A stretch of 64,000 bases of DNA from Candidatus Marinacidobacterales bacterium (GCA_965224085.1 CBDCYI010000005.1:1056001-1120000), one strand, 5' to 3'; positions 1 through 9,354 are shown, counted from the first letter of the stretch. Program-made: numbers and translations. The notes: generated by a model from the letters alone, not told the origin.

Positions 1-1
1 G

Positions 2-865
2 GCAAACGGTGCGAACGACGCGCCGAGCTTCGGTAACGGCGAGAGTGTCTACAACGTCATCGACGTTCGACAAGCCTACCTTCAAGACATCGTGCAGCGC
101 GGCGTCGCCTTGCTCGCTTCGGAACGAGCGCGAGACCGCTCCCACCACTTTTCTTACGAAATGGTCGCTCTAACACCGGCGACCTGTCGCGAGCTCGGCT
201 TCCCCGTGAGCGCCGAGGAGGCGAAGAAACCTTACCTCGAAGTGTCGGGACGCAGAGGTCTGGGCGTGAAAGCGGACGATCTGCTCGGCGCACTCGAGAC
301 GAAGGCGCGCGCCGAGGTCGACAAGAGAAACCCCGAGCTGACAGGAGACGAACAACGCGACATCGCCAAGGCGATCGCCCGAGGATCGCTACGCTACTTC
401 ATGGTCAAGTACACGAAGAACAAGGTCATCGCCTTCGATTTCGATGAAGCCTTGAGCTTCGATGGCGACAGCGGGCCCTATCTGCAATACGCCGCGGTGC
501 GCGCCACCAAGATCCTTCACAAGATGAGCACTTCATCCGTGGACATCACATTTCCAGAGACGTTGGCTGAGAGCTTCGAAACCCTCGGCGACGTGGAAGC
601 GGATGAGATTTGGAGTCTCATGTATGAAGCGATGGAGCTTAGAGCGATTACGGAGACGGTCTTGCGCACCGAAGAGCCCTCCCATTTGGCGCGATTCGCC
701 TTGGGCCTCGCGCAAAAGTTCAACGGGTTCTACCACCGCTTCAAGATCGCCACCGAGCCAAACAAAGCCAAGCGCGCGCTGCTGCTTCTAGTGGTACAAC
801 TGTTTCACCGTCAGCACCAAACCACCCTCGAGCTGATGGGAATCCCGGTGCCAGACCGTATGTGA
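2..865 (+). CDS. argS: Arginine--tRNA ligase, C-terminal part (starts before window)
   Basis: Frame open from base 2: VYNVIDVRQ, MV..SGRRG, FDFDEALSFDGDSGPYLQYA, DALR anticodon-binding end LMGIPVPDRM*. Confidence 0.95.
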   Translation, partial: ANGANDAPSFGNGESVYNVIDVRQAYLQDIVQRGVALLASERARDRSHHFSYEMVALTPATCRELGFPVSAEEAKKPYLEVSGRRGLGVKADDLLGALETKARAEVDKRNPELTGDEQRDIAKAIARGSLRYFMVKYTKNKVIAFDFDEALSFDGDSGPYLQYAAVRATKILHKMSTSSVDITFPETLAESFETLGDVEADEIWSLMYEAMELRAITETVLRTEEPSHLARFALGLAQKFNGFYHRFKIATEPNKAKRALLLLVVQLFHRQHQTTLELMGIPVPDRM

Positions 866-867
866 GC

Positions 868-979
868 TCAGCATTCAGGATTCAGGTCCGCATACAGTGA
901 TGAAGCTATCTGGCTTTAGGGGCGACCTCGAATCGCAAGGTAGCGTCATCTGATCCCGATGCTGAATGGTGAATGCTGA
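868..979. repeat. 112-bp element with 18-bp imperfect terminal inverted repeats between convergent argS and lepB
   Basis: TCAGCATTCAGGATTCAG (868-885) vs CTGAATGGTGAATGCTGA (962-979), 16/18 complementary. Confidence 0.65.
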
Positions 980-983
980 ATAG

Positions 984-1715
984 CTACTGAACCAGACCGA
1001 CGTCGCTCAGTGGCCAGATTCGCACGAAGGCTTTGCCGTAGATGTAGCGCTCGGGCACTAGGCCCCAGCTTCGGCTGTCATTGCTTCCGCGCCGATTGTC
1101 TCCCAAGACGAAATAATGTCCGGGGCGAATCTCGTGGCTCGGGTGGGACCTGCGGTCGGCATGCGAGCTCGTCACATAGGATTCGTCGATCAAAACCCCA
1201 TCGACGAAAACATCCCCGCTCTTGATCTCGACGGTTTCACCGGGTAGCGCGACTATCCGTTTGATGAAAGACAGCTCCGGGTCTTCCGGATACCAAAAGA
1301 CGACGACATCTCCGCGTGCGATATCACTGAAGTGATACATGAACTTGTTGACCAGAATCCGCTCGCCGTCTCGAAGCTCTGGGGACATACTCGTGCCCTG
1401 AACTTTGAACGCCTGAACAACATAAGTAATCAGCAGGACGCAGATCACGACCGCGATAGCCAAGTCGTGAATCAGCTCGACGAGCGAGTGAAACGTGCCT
1501 TGTTTTGGCGGTGCAACCTCTCCCGGTTCAGGCGGGTCGAATGTGTCACGAGGGCTCTCTACCGGCTTCGGCTCGAGCAACAGGGCAGGGTCAGGCTCGA
1601 CAACAGCAGCGGCTTGGGACGGGATTGCGGGCTCGGGCCTGACGGCCTCGCCTTTGGCTTCTTCTTCAATCGCGGTTTTCGGCTCGTTCGGTGGTAAGCG
1701 CGTCGGTGTCGTCAA
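984..1715 (-). CDS. lepB: Signal peptidase I with long Pro/Glu-rich N-terminal extension
   Basis: One TM helix, GTSMSPEL (catalytic Ser), FIKRIV (catalytic Lys), FVLGDNR..SNDSRSWG. Confidence 0.95.
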   Translation of the reverse strand: MTTPTRLPPNEPKTAIEEEAKGEAVRPEPAIPSQAAAVVEPDPALLLEPKPVESPRDTFDPPEPGEVAPPKQGTFHSLVELIHDLAIAVVICVLLITYVVQAFKVQGTSMSPELRDGERILVNKFMYHFSDIARGDVVVFWYPEDPELSFIKRIVALPGETVEIKSGDVFVDGVLIDESYVTSSHADRRSHPSHEIRPGHYFVLGDNRRGSNDSRSWGLVPERYIYGKAFVRIWPLSDVGLVQ

Positions 1716-2857
1716 AGGTTCCTCATAACACGGGTACCGGCGATGCGATCGTGGAGTCCGCGTTTGTCGTCGGAAAAGGCGATCAGAACAAACCCCAATC
1801 CCATTATAAGCAAGCTTGCGACGTAGCCTAGTGCTCGGAGCGCGGCGCGTTGATAGCCGATCGGACTTTCTCCCTCTTCCGATTCAACGACGATAGCGAG
1901 GAGGCTCTTGCCGGGTGTCGCTCCACGATAGCCCCAGAAGAGAACGAAATAGATGAGACAGAGTATCGGAAACGCGATCGCAAGGAGTGGGAGGCCGAAG
2001 GAAGGTACGGAGCGAGACCCGGTATCCGTGGCGCTCAACGCAAGAGTCCCCCAAATCAACGTCGTCACGAAGATTGGAATCCCCAAGATCATACCGTCCA
2101 CGACCGCGGCAACGAGTCGAACACCGAACCCAGCGGGCTCTTCGTTCTTCTTGGCTCGCACGCCCGGTTTCCGGGGTGTAAGCGGCGCCGGGCGCTTATG
2201 CCTACCGTCGGGCCGGTCGGGATCGGTGTTCTTGAGATCGAGCTCCGCTGCATCGGTGGGCTGCGTCGACAACATTTTGTCTCTAGCGGGCAGCTCGTGG
2301 CCACAATGGCCGCAGAACTCTGCAGGGAGCTGCACGCTGCGACCGCAAGCGGTGCAAACGGCGATCTGCTTTCTAACCAGCTCCGTGCCGCACTTCCGGC
2401 AAAAACGATCGTTGGTGAGCGAAGGCGTATCACAGGACGGGCAGCGTATCTTCCCGCTCGGGCTTCCCTTGTCCGCGTCCGCGTTTCGCACGTCGGACGC
2501 GGCTTTCACGCTCCCCTCGCCGTCCGCCGCCGGCGGATCGGTCGCGGCGGCGCCCAAAGCTAGCGCGTTGTCGAGTTGAAAGAGCAGACGAGCGGAGCCG
2601 ATCGCGACGAGATCGCCGTCTCGTAACGTGTGCTCGCTATCCACCTTGTCGCCGTTCACCAGCGTGCCGTTGGCGCTGCCGTTGTCGCGCAGAACGAAAA
2701 CATCGTCGCGTTGCTCTAGAATCGCGTGACGGCGCGAGACCATCGAATCCGACAAGACGAGATCATTCGACGGGTCACGACCGATCGAGATCACTCGAGT
2801 AGCAATCGCGATCTCTTTCTTGTTGCTGGAGGTCGGGTTGACGACGAGCTTGGGCAA
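1712..2857 (-). CDS. FHA domain + double zinc ribbon + RDD membrane domain protein
   Basis: IGRD..SRRHA..SANGTLVNG (FHA); four CxxC pairs; AGFGVRLVAAVVD..TPGK..GLHDRIAGTRV (RDD). Confidence 0.9.
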   Translation of the reverse strand: MPKLVVNPTSSNKKEIAIATRVISIGRDPSNDLVLSDSMVSRRHAILEQRDDVFVLRDNGSANGTLVNGDKVDSEHTLRDGDLVAIGSARLLFQLDNALALGAAATDPPAADGEGSVKAASDVRNADADKGSPSGKIRCPSCDTPSLTNDRFCRKCGTELVRKQIAVCTACGRSVQLPAEFCGHCGHELPARDKMLSTQPTDAAELDLKNTDPDRPDGRHKRPAPLTPRKPGVRAKKNEEPAGFGVRLVAAVVDGMILGIPIFVTTLIWGTLALSATDTGSRSVPSFGLPLLAIAFPILCLIYFVLFWGYRGATPGKSLLAIVVESEEGESPIGYQRAALRALGYVASLLIMGLGFVLIAFSDDKRGLHDRIAGTRVMRNL

Positions 2858-2862
2858 AGCCT

Positions 2863-3342
2863 CTACCTACCTCGTCGAAATCGAAAGCGCTGAACCCAGC
2901 GTATCCTTACAGGGACCCCGTTCCTGGTCGCCGGTTGATAGCGCCATGCTTGGACTGTCCCGGTCACCGTGTCGTCGAACATCTCACCGCCCGACTCTTG
3001 AACCGTGACATCTTGGACCGCGCCGGATTCGTCGATGACGTAGCTCAGCTCGACCACCCCTTCCACTCCTCGTCGCCGCGCCGCTTCCGGGTAGGGGGCT
3101 GCTGGACACTCGAGGCATTTGGGATCGACGACGCCCGGGTCCCCGCGCTCGACGACGTCCGGGTCCGCGCGCTCGACGAGCGTCTCGGATGCGACCGGCG
3201 GCGCTGTTGTCGTTTTTGGCGGGGAGGGGTCACGCGACGCGCGACCATCCCGCGTCAACATCGCGTCGACATGGATCGTCTCGCCCGATCGTGCGGACAC
3301 CGTGTCTTCCCACGGTAAATAGCCGTTACGCTCGATGCGCAC
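2863..3342 (-). CDS. PEGA remainder + TonB C-terminal domain; probably the frameshifted 3' part of the kinase gene
   Basis: YPEAARRRGVEGVVELSYVIDESG..WRYQPA.RNGVPV is the TonB_C pattern; the frame upstream reads VAPGNRVVRIERNGY (second half of a PEGA domain). Confidence 0.85.
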   Translation of the reverse strand: MRIERNGYLPWEDTVSARSGETIHVDAMLTRDGRASRDPSPPKTTTAPPVASETLVERADPDVVERGDPGVVDPKCLECPAAPYPEAARRRGVEGVVELSYVIDESGAVQDVTVQESGGEMFDDTVTGTVQAWRYQPATRNGVPVRIRWVQRFRFRRGR

Positions 3343-5080
3343 GACCCGGTTCCCCGGAGCGACCCCGTTCTGTGGGTGTCGTCCCGACCCTCTGCCCGTC
3401 GATGGCGACCCGCGCGCCGCCGGGCGAGCTACTAACGAGCAAATAAGCCGGGGCCGGCACCAAGACCAGTTCGAAGTTCGCGAGCGGCTCTTCTCCCGTC
3501 AACGCGGCGCTGAGCTCTTCCGGAAGATAGCCCGTTCGTTCGACTCTCAGCGCGTAGTCACCAAGCGGGAGTGCTTCGAGCTCGAGAGGCGTGGTGCCGC
3601 GTTGTTCACCGTCGAGAAAGACAAGAGCGCCCTCCGGTTCGGTCGTCACCACCACGGTACCGGATTCGACGGCCGCCGAAGTGGTTGCGGCATCCGGGCT
3701 CGGCCCTCCGCCCGAGAAAATGAGAAACAAAGCGAAAATCATCGAAACAAAGACCACCGCTGCGAGAGCCAGCCGCGTGGGTGGCAAAGCACGCAGCCAT
3801 GCAGTAGCAGTCCGGCCGGCCGCGGTGGCCGGGCCTTGGACGACGGTTTCGTCCGCCGCGTCGAAGGCTACTACCGTTTCGTCCAGCTCAGATTCCGCGT
3901 ACAAAGTCGCTTCAGCGTCACCCGGCGGAGCCATGAGCACTGTGTCCTCGTTGATTTCTTCAACGCTCGGTCGGGCCTCCAGATTCGTATCCGCCGACAC
4001 GTCGGCGATCGCGTGATCGCGCTCGAGGCCTACGGTCACGCCTTCGAGCGATTCGTCTTGTCCGGATGCGGGGGGCGCCGCGTCGGCGGATAGGACCACG
4101 GTTTCGCCCGGGCCATCCTCAACGGGTTGAGCTGTCTCGACCGGCGTCGACGGCACCGAGGGAGCGGGAGCGGCGTCGAAAAGCGCCCCGGCATCTTTCA
4201 TGACGATGGTCTCGCCCTCGAGAGCACCGAACCAGGACCCGAGGCAATGTTCGAGGTTCTCGACGAACTCCGCTGCCGTTGAAAAACGCTCGTTCGCCTC
4301 TTTCGCGAGCACTCTGTCGAACACTTCGTGCCATTTGTTCGGCAGAAGACCCAACACTTCCAGATCGTCCGGGCGGACGGGATCGGCGTGTACGAGCTTG
4401 TACAAGATCGACGTGACGTTGTTGCCTGGAAACGGTTGCTTTCCGGACAGCATCTCGAACGATACGACACCGAGGGAAAAAATGTCGGTCCGACCATCGA
4501 GATCCTCTCCCATCGCTTGCTCCGGCGACATGTAGCTCGGTGTCCCAAGCATGAGGCCCGAGTTCGTCATCTCGGCATCCATGAGCTTCGCGATCCCGAA
4601 ATCCGCAACTTTCACTTTCTCGCCGCCAAACACGATAATGTTGGACGGTTTGATGTCACGGTGGATGACACCTTCGCCATGGGCGTAGTCGAGCGCGCTC
4701 GCGATCTGGGAGACGAGCCCGACGACAACTTCGGGGCGGAGCTTTTCACCTTCGATCAAATCGGCGACGGTCTGGCCCTCGATGAACTCCATCGCACGCC
4801 AGGGAAGCTGGCCGTCCGTGTGGCCGACATCGTAGAGAGTGACAATGTTCGGGTGGGACAAACGGCCCGCGGTGCGCGCCTCCGTCGCAAAGCGTTCTAG
4901 AAAAGCTTTGTACTCAGGACTCTGCGGCGGCACATCGACACGCAACGTTTTCACCGCGACGGGCCGCTTGATCAGCGGGTCGAAGGCTTTGTACACCGCT
5001 CCCATGGCGCCGAAGCCGACCGCTTCGATGATCTCGTAGCGATCGATCTTCTTCGGGATTTGGTCACCACGCTGAGTCAA
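3326..5080 (-). CDS. Membrane Ser/Thr protein kinase (Hanks type) with TM helix and PEGA domains, frameshifted near 3370
   Basis: GFGAMG, VAVK, HRDIKPSN, DFG, GTPSYMSPE; TM helix; PEGA motifs TEPEGALVFLDG..GTTP and SSPGGARVAIDG..GTTP. Confidence 0.92.
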   Translation of the reverse strand: MTQRGDQIPKKIDRYEIIEAVGFGAMGAVYKAFDPLIKRPVAVKTLRVDVPPQSPEYKAFLERFATEARTAGRLSHPNIVTLYDVGHTDGQLPWRAMEFIEGQTVADLIEGEKLRPEVVVGLVSQIASALDYAHGEGVIHRDIKPSNIIVFGGEKVKVADFGIAKLMDAEMTNSGLMLGTPSYMSPEQAMGEDLDGRTDIFSLGVVSFEMLSGKQPFPGNNVTSILYKLVHADPVRPDDLEVLGLLPNKWHEVFDRVLAKEANERFSTAAEFVENLEHCLGSWFGALEGETIVMKDAGALFDAAPAPSVPSTPVETAQPVEDGPGETVVLSADAAPPASGQDESLEGVTVGLERDHAIADVSADTNLEARPSVEEINEDTVLMAPPGDAEATLYAESELDETVVAFDAADETVVQGPATAAGRTATAWLRALPPTRLALAAVVFVSMIFALFLIFSGGGPSPDAATTSAAVESGTVVVTTEPEGALVFLDGEQRGTTPLELEALPLGDYALRVERTGYLPEELSAALTGEEPLANFELVLVPAPAYLLVSSSPGGARVAIDGQRVGTTPTERGRSGEPGRAHRA

Positions 5081-5155
5081 CGGGGTTCTCCTGTCCTACG
5101 CCTCGAATCTTTCGTCGAGACCACCGGGCACGGCCGCCCAAAATACAGTTAAGTT

Positions 5156-5185
5156 ACTCTAACATAACCTTTTAACCGGTGTCAA
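5156..5185 (-). promoter_or_regulatory. Putative sigma70 promoter of the kinase operon
   Basis: Minus strand TTGACA-18 nt-TAGAGT with extended -10 TG, in the AT-rich divergent intergenic region. Confidence 0.5.
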
Positions 5186-5260
5186 CGCCAAGCCTGGCCT
5201 GACACCATTGACAACGCTATGATAGGCAGGTTTACAGAAGCTTGGAGCCGCCGAATTTCC

Positions 5261-6877
5261 ATGCCGCACGTTTCTACTCTTGACTACCGCAAGTTGCCGT
5301 CTTACAAGCCCCTCTTCATGGACTATCTCCACAAGTTCGACGCCCTTTCGCCTTTCTTTGCCGCCGATCCGTTCGAAGCGACCGCGTGGGGCAATGTCGC
5401 TTCGAAGCTCGAGGGCAAGAGCGCCACCGCGGGGCCGCTGCGAAAGCTCAACGTCTCGCTGGGGGCGGACGACGCTGCCCTCGCATCGCTCGACGCTCTC
5501 GGCGATGGCGCGCTCGTGGTCGTGAGCGGACAACAAGTCGGGATTTTCGGCGGGCCGCTCTATACGATCGCGAAAGCCCTTACCGCCGTGCGCCTCGCCC
5601 ACCTCGTCGAGCAACGGCTCGGAAGACGCATCGTGCCGTTGTTTTGGATGGACGCGGACGATCACGATTTCGCGGAAGTTCAAAAGACTTCCATACTCAC
5701 ACGCGGGAACGAACTCTTGGACCTCCGCTACGAGCCGCCTCTGGCGCCCAGTCGTCAGTCGGTTGGGGAGCGAGCGCTCGCGCCCGAGATCAGCGCCTTG
5801 ATCGACGAGGCCGGCGAGGCGCTCGCCGACAGCGAGTTCAAACAGAACGTGCTCACGTCTCTCCGCTCGAGCTACGCTCCGGGGCGGTCGATGGCCGATG
5901 CTTTCGGCGCATGGCTGCTCCGCATGACGCGCGGGACGGGGCTGGCCGTCATCGACCCGACACTCCCCGAGCTCAAGGCCATCGGCGCCTCGCTTTTTGC
6001 GCGCGAGCTAGACGAGGCGTCCGAAAGCAGCGCGATCGTCAGGAAGACGAGTGAAGCGCTCGTCGCCCGCGGCTATCACGGACAGGCGAGCCCAATAGAT
6101 GGACAGCTGAATCTTTTCTATGCGCATCCCGACAGAGCCGCGATCGGCGTGTCGGAAGGCGGCATGCGTCTCGCCGCGAACGGAAACACTGTGTCGAAAG
6201 AGGACGTGCTCCGGCGGCTCTGGGACGAGCCAAGCCGTTTTAGCCCCAACGTATTACTGCGGCCTATCTATCAGGACACTTTGTTTCCGACACTCGCCTA
6301 TGTCGCCGGGCCCAGCGAGCTCGCCTATTTCGCCCAGCTCCGTGGCCTTTACGAGCATTTCGGCGTCGTCATGCCGCTCATTGCGCCGCGTGCGAGCTTC
6401 ACGGTGGTCGAGCGCGCACCGGCTCGCTTCCTGGAGCGCTACGACGTCCCGTTCGTGGAGCTCAAATCGAACGACGAATCGATTCTGAACGACATCTTGC
6501 GTCAACACACCCCACCGCAGCTTGACGACGTTCTCACGCGCGCTCGAAATTGTATCCAAGACATCACCAGCGCGCTCGAGCGTGATCTCGCTCCCCTCGA
6601 CGCGAGCCTCGTTCCAACGGTCCGATCGACGCGCGGCAAACTGCTGCACCACGTCAAGGAGCTCGAGTCGAAGGCGCTTCGTGCAGTGAAGCGCAAGAAC
6701 GAGACCGTGCGCCATCAGTTTCTTGCTGCACGGACGGCGCTGTTCCCGGGCTTCGCGCTCCAGGAGCGCCGCCTATCCGCTCTCGGATTTCTCGCAAAAT
6801 ATGGCTGGCACTTCACCACGATGATCGAAGAGAGCGTCGACCCGCAGTCCAAGACTCATACACTGTTCTACCCGTGA
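5261..6877 (+). CDS. bshC: Bacillithiol biosynthesis cysteine-adding enzyme BshC
   Basis: VVSGQQVGIFGGPLYTIAK, FWMDADDHDFAE, FSPNVLLRPIYQDTLFPTLAYVAGPSELAY, LQERR. Confidence 0.93.
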   Translation: MPHVSTLDYRKLPSYKPLFMDYLHKFDALSPFFAADPFEATAWGNVASKLEGKSATAGPLRKLNVSLGADDAALASLDALGDGALVVVSGQQVGIFGGPLYTIAKALTAVRLAHLVEQRLGRRIVPLFWMDADDHDFAEVQKTSILTRGNELLDLRYEPPLAPSRQSVGERALAPEISALIDEAGEALADSEFKQNVLTSLRSSYAPGRSMADAFGAWLLRMTRGTGLAVIDPTLPELKAIGASLFARELDEASESSAIVRKTSEALVARGYHGQASPIDGQLNLFYAHPDRAAIGVSEGGMRLAANGNTVSKEDVLRRLWDEPSRFSPNVLLRPIYQDTLFPTLAYVAGPSELAYFAQLRGLYEHFGVVMPLIAPRASFTVVERAPARFLERYDVPFVELKSNDESILNDILRQHTPPQLDDVLTRARNCIQDITSALERDLAPLDASLVPTVRSTRGKLLHHVKELESKALRAVKRKNETVRHQFLAARTALFPGFALQERRLSALGFLAKYGWHFTTMIEESVDPQSKTHTLFYP

Positions 6878-6903
6878 GCGGGTCGTCTATCGGCAAAGGA
6901 GTC

Positions 6904-7203
6904 TCATCGAAAACGGTAGTCGTAGACCTGTTTGTCGTCCAGAATCGGTCCCACGATCTCCTTGACGAATCGCTGGTGCTCGGGATGCACCTGGTACGCC
7001 TCTAGAGCCGTCTCGTCCTCGAAATCCATGATGAGTGCGATGGGATGCGATCGCTCGGACTTCACTCCCATGCCGAATCCGACGCGCAAATTCTGAACCC
7101 CGGGTATCGGTCCGAGCACTTCACGCGCCTTATCGATGAAGGCATCGGTTTGCTGCGGGGTGATGTCCGCCTTGAGCCGCAGGAGTACGAAATGGTGGAG
7201 CAT
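6904..7203 (-). CDS. Dabb family stress-responsive A/B barrel protein
   Basis: MLHHFVLLRLK..IPGV..F.DETALEAYQVHPEH. Confidence 0.85.
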   Translation of the reverse strand: MLHHFVLLRLKADITPQQTDAFIDKAREVLGPIPGVQNLRVGFGMGVKSERSHPIALIMDFEDETALEAYQVHPEHQRFVKEIVGPILDDKQVYDYRFR

Positions 7204-7232
7204 TCTGGCCCTCCCGAGGGCCATCTTATCAA

Positions 7233-7270
7233 GCTCGTGTCAGGCTCGTGTCAGGCTCGTGTCAGGCTCG
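7233..7270. repeat. 11-bp tandem repeat GCTCGTGTCAG x3.5 overlapping the sigma-factor stop codon
   Basis: Directly visible at 7233-7270. Confidence 0.9.
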
Positions 7271-7985
7271 CGGCGCAGGAGCTTAGACCGTCCGTGCGAG
7301 CCCTGCATAGGCTCGCAGATGAGACGCGACGGCTGAGACGTTTCCGCAACGTGCGCACCGCTTTTTTGTGAATCTGCGAGACCCGAGACTCGTTCACACC
7401 GAGAACCTCGCCCACCCCTCTCATGGTGAGGTCTTCGTAGTAGTAAAGCGTCATCACGAGCCGCTCCTTCTCGGTAAGGCTCTCGATCGCGTCGACAAGA
7501 ATCCGGAGCAGCTCGCGATGCGCTAAAACCTCATGGGGATCGATCGCGTTCGGATCGCGGACGAGGCTGTCGAGCTCGTCGGTCTCCACCATCTCGGCGG
7601 CCGGTTCGATACGACCGAGGTCGCTGACAGCGAGGTCGAGCTCGGCGGCGAGCTCCCCTTCATTCGGCGAACGTCCCAAGCGCGCCTCGAGCCTTCCGGA
7701 CGCCGCTTCGAGCTCGCGCAGGCGACGCCTCACGGAGCGGGGCACCCAGTCGAGCTCGCGCAGGCCGTCGAGGATGGAGCCTCGAATGCGCAGCTCAGCA
7801 TAGGTCGAGAAACGAACGCCTTTCGCCTCGTCGTATTTCGACGCGGCATCGAGTAACCCGAGAAACCCCGCCTGCGTCAGATCGGAAAGCTCCACTTGCA
7901 TGGGCAGGCGGCTCGCGACTTGGAGCGCGACGCGGCGTACCAGCGGCAAGGATTCATGAACGAGCGTATCGCGCTCTGCACGCAT
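7251..7985 (-). CDS. fliA: FliA/WhiG family RNA polymerase sigma factor (sigma28 type)
   Basis: DLTQAGFLGLLDA, FSTYAELRIRGSILDGLRELDWVPRSVR, LYYYEDLTMRGVGEVLGVNESRVSQIH. Confidence 0.88.
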   Translation of the reverse strand: MRAERDTLVHESLPLVRRVALQVASRLPMQVELSDLTQAGFLGLLDAASKYDEAKGVRFSTYAELRIRGSILDGLRELDWVPRSVRRRLRELEAASGRLEARLGRSPNEGELAAELDLAVSDLGRIEPAAEMVETDELDSLVRDPNAIDPHEVLAHRELLRILVDAIESLTEKERLVMTLYYYEDLTMRGVGEVLGVNESRVSQIHKKAVRTLRKRLSRRVSSASLCRARTDGLSSCAASLTRA

Positions 7986-7999
7986 GGCGGCTTCGATAA

Positions 8000-8015
8000 T
8001 GCAAGAAGACTGCCA
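8000..8015 (-). promoter_or_regulatory. Putative sigma54 (-24/-12) promoter of the FliA-type gene
   Basis: Minus strand TGGCAG-TCTTC-TTGCA with GG-N10-GC spacing, directly upstream of ATG at 7985. Confidence 0.65.
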
Positions 8016-8100
8016 GGGAAAAGCGTACGGAAATGAGGAATTCACTGAAGCTGGTGGGGGCAAAACCCCTTAGAAGGGATTTAAATCCGTGATGCTCCTA

Positions 8101-9354
8101 TCACGCCACGGCCTCATGGTTCGCGGTCACGTCGATCTCGCCTTCCGCGGCCGCGACATAGCTCGCGTTCACGAGATGTCCGATGAGATTGGTCGCCGAT
8201 CGCGCCATATCGAGCGGCCGCTCGACGCCGAGGATGAGGGCGGCGCCCTCGAGAGGCAAACCGAGTGCGGCGAGGATAATCGTCAAGTTCACGAAGCTAG
8301 CGGCGGGTACGGAGGCGACGGCGAGCGCCGAGAGCATCGCGGTAAAGATGAGCGTCCCCAAATCCTGAGCGCCGAGCGACACACCGTAAACCTGTGCGAT
8401 GAACATCACGGACATCGCCTGATAGATGGCGCTTCCGTCACGACCAATCGCCGCCCCGAGCGGCAGAACGAAGCTCGCGACGCGCGAGGAGATCCCCATC
8501 CCTTTCTGCATCGTCGACAGCGAAACGGGCAGTGCCGCGGCCGTCGAACACGTTGCGAAGGCGATGAGAAGAGGAGGCTTGGCCGCATCCATCAAACGCT
8601 TTGGGCTCTGGCGCGCCACGACGCGAAGCATCACGCCGTAGACAAGGACGATATGCAATGTGAGGGCGAGCACGACGACGCCGACATAGGCCGAGAGGCT
8701 GAGGAGCACCGACAGACCTGAGCGGCCCACGACCGCCGCCATGAGACCGAAGATGCCGAACGGCGCAAGCTCGAGGATCCAGCCCGTCACCTTAAAGAGC
8801 GTCTCGGCGAGGCTTCTCGCAAAGTCAACCAACGGTTTGCGGCGATCTTCGGGAAGCGTGCTCGCAGCGAGACCGAGCAAAATCGACAAGAGCAGAATCT
8901 GCAGCACGTTGCCTTCCGCCGCTGCACGCACCGGGTTGTCCGGGACAATAGCGAGAATCGTGTTGACGATCGTATCGACGACTGATGGCTTCGGCGCATT
9001 GGGGTCCACGACCGGGATGTCTTGGCCGTCGAGAAGCGCGCTCCGTGCTTCCGAGGAGAGCATCCTCCCAGGCTGGATCACGCGGCCCACCGCGATGCCG
9101 ATACACAGGGCCACCAAGAGGCTGATTACGATGAAACCGATGGCACGCAGGCCCATCCGTCCGAGCGCGGCCCGGCCGGGGAGACCCGCGATGGCCATGA
9201 CGAGCGATGAGGCAATAAGCGGAACGATGACCATGCGGATGAGCTTGATGAACAACGTTCCGAGCGGCTCGAGGACCGAGGCGCTCGGGCCGGCCACGAC
9301 GCCGACGAGGACACCGGCGAGAAGCCCGATCGCTACGCGATTGTGGATCTTCAA
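8101..9354 (-). CDS. Dicarboxylate/amino acid:cation symporter (DAACS, GltP/DctA-like)
   Basis: [46 protein letters not shown]; TTG start inferred. Confidence 0.9.
   Translation of the reverse strand: MKIHNRVAIGLLAGVLVGVVAGPSASVLEPLGTLFIKLIRMVIVPLIASSLVMAIAGLPGRAALGRMGLRAIGFIVISLLVALCIGIAVGRVIQPGRMLSSEARSALLDGQDIPVVDPNAPKPSVVDTIVNTILAIVPDNPVRAAAEGNVLQILLLSILLGLAASTLPEDRRKPLVDFARSLAETLFKVTGWILELAPFGIFGLMAAVVGRSGLSVLLSLSAYVGVVVLALTLHIVLVYGVMLRVVARQSPKRLMDAAKPPLLIAFATCSTAAALPVSLSTMQKGMGISSRVASFVLPLGAAIGRDGSAIYQAMSVMFIAQVYGVSLGAQDLGTLIFTAMLSALAVASVPAASFVNLTIILAALGLPLEGAALILGVERPLDMARSATNLIGHLVNASYVAAAEGEIDVTANHEAVA

Noticed and set aside
7233-7270. Possible CRISPR array
   Set aside because: 11-bp units with no spacers and no cas genes; no repeat-spacer array was seen anywhere in the window.
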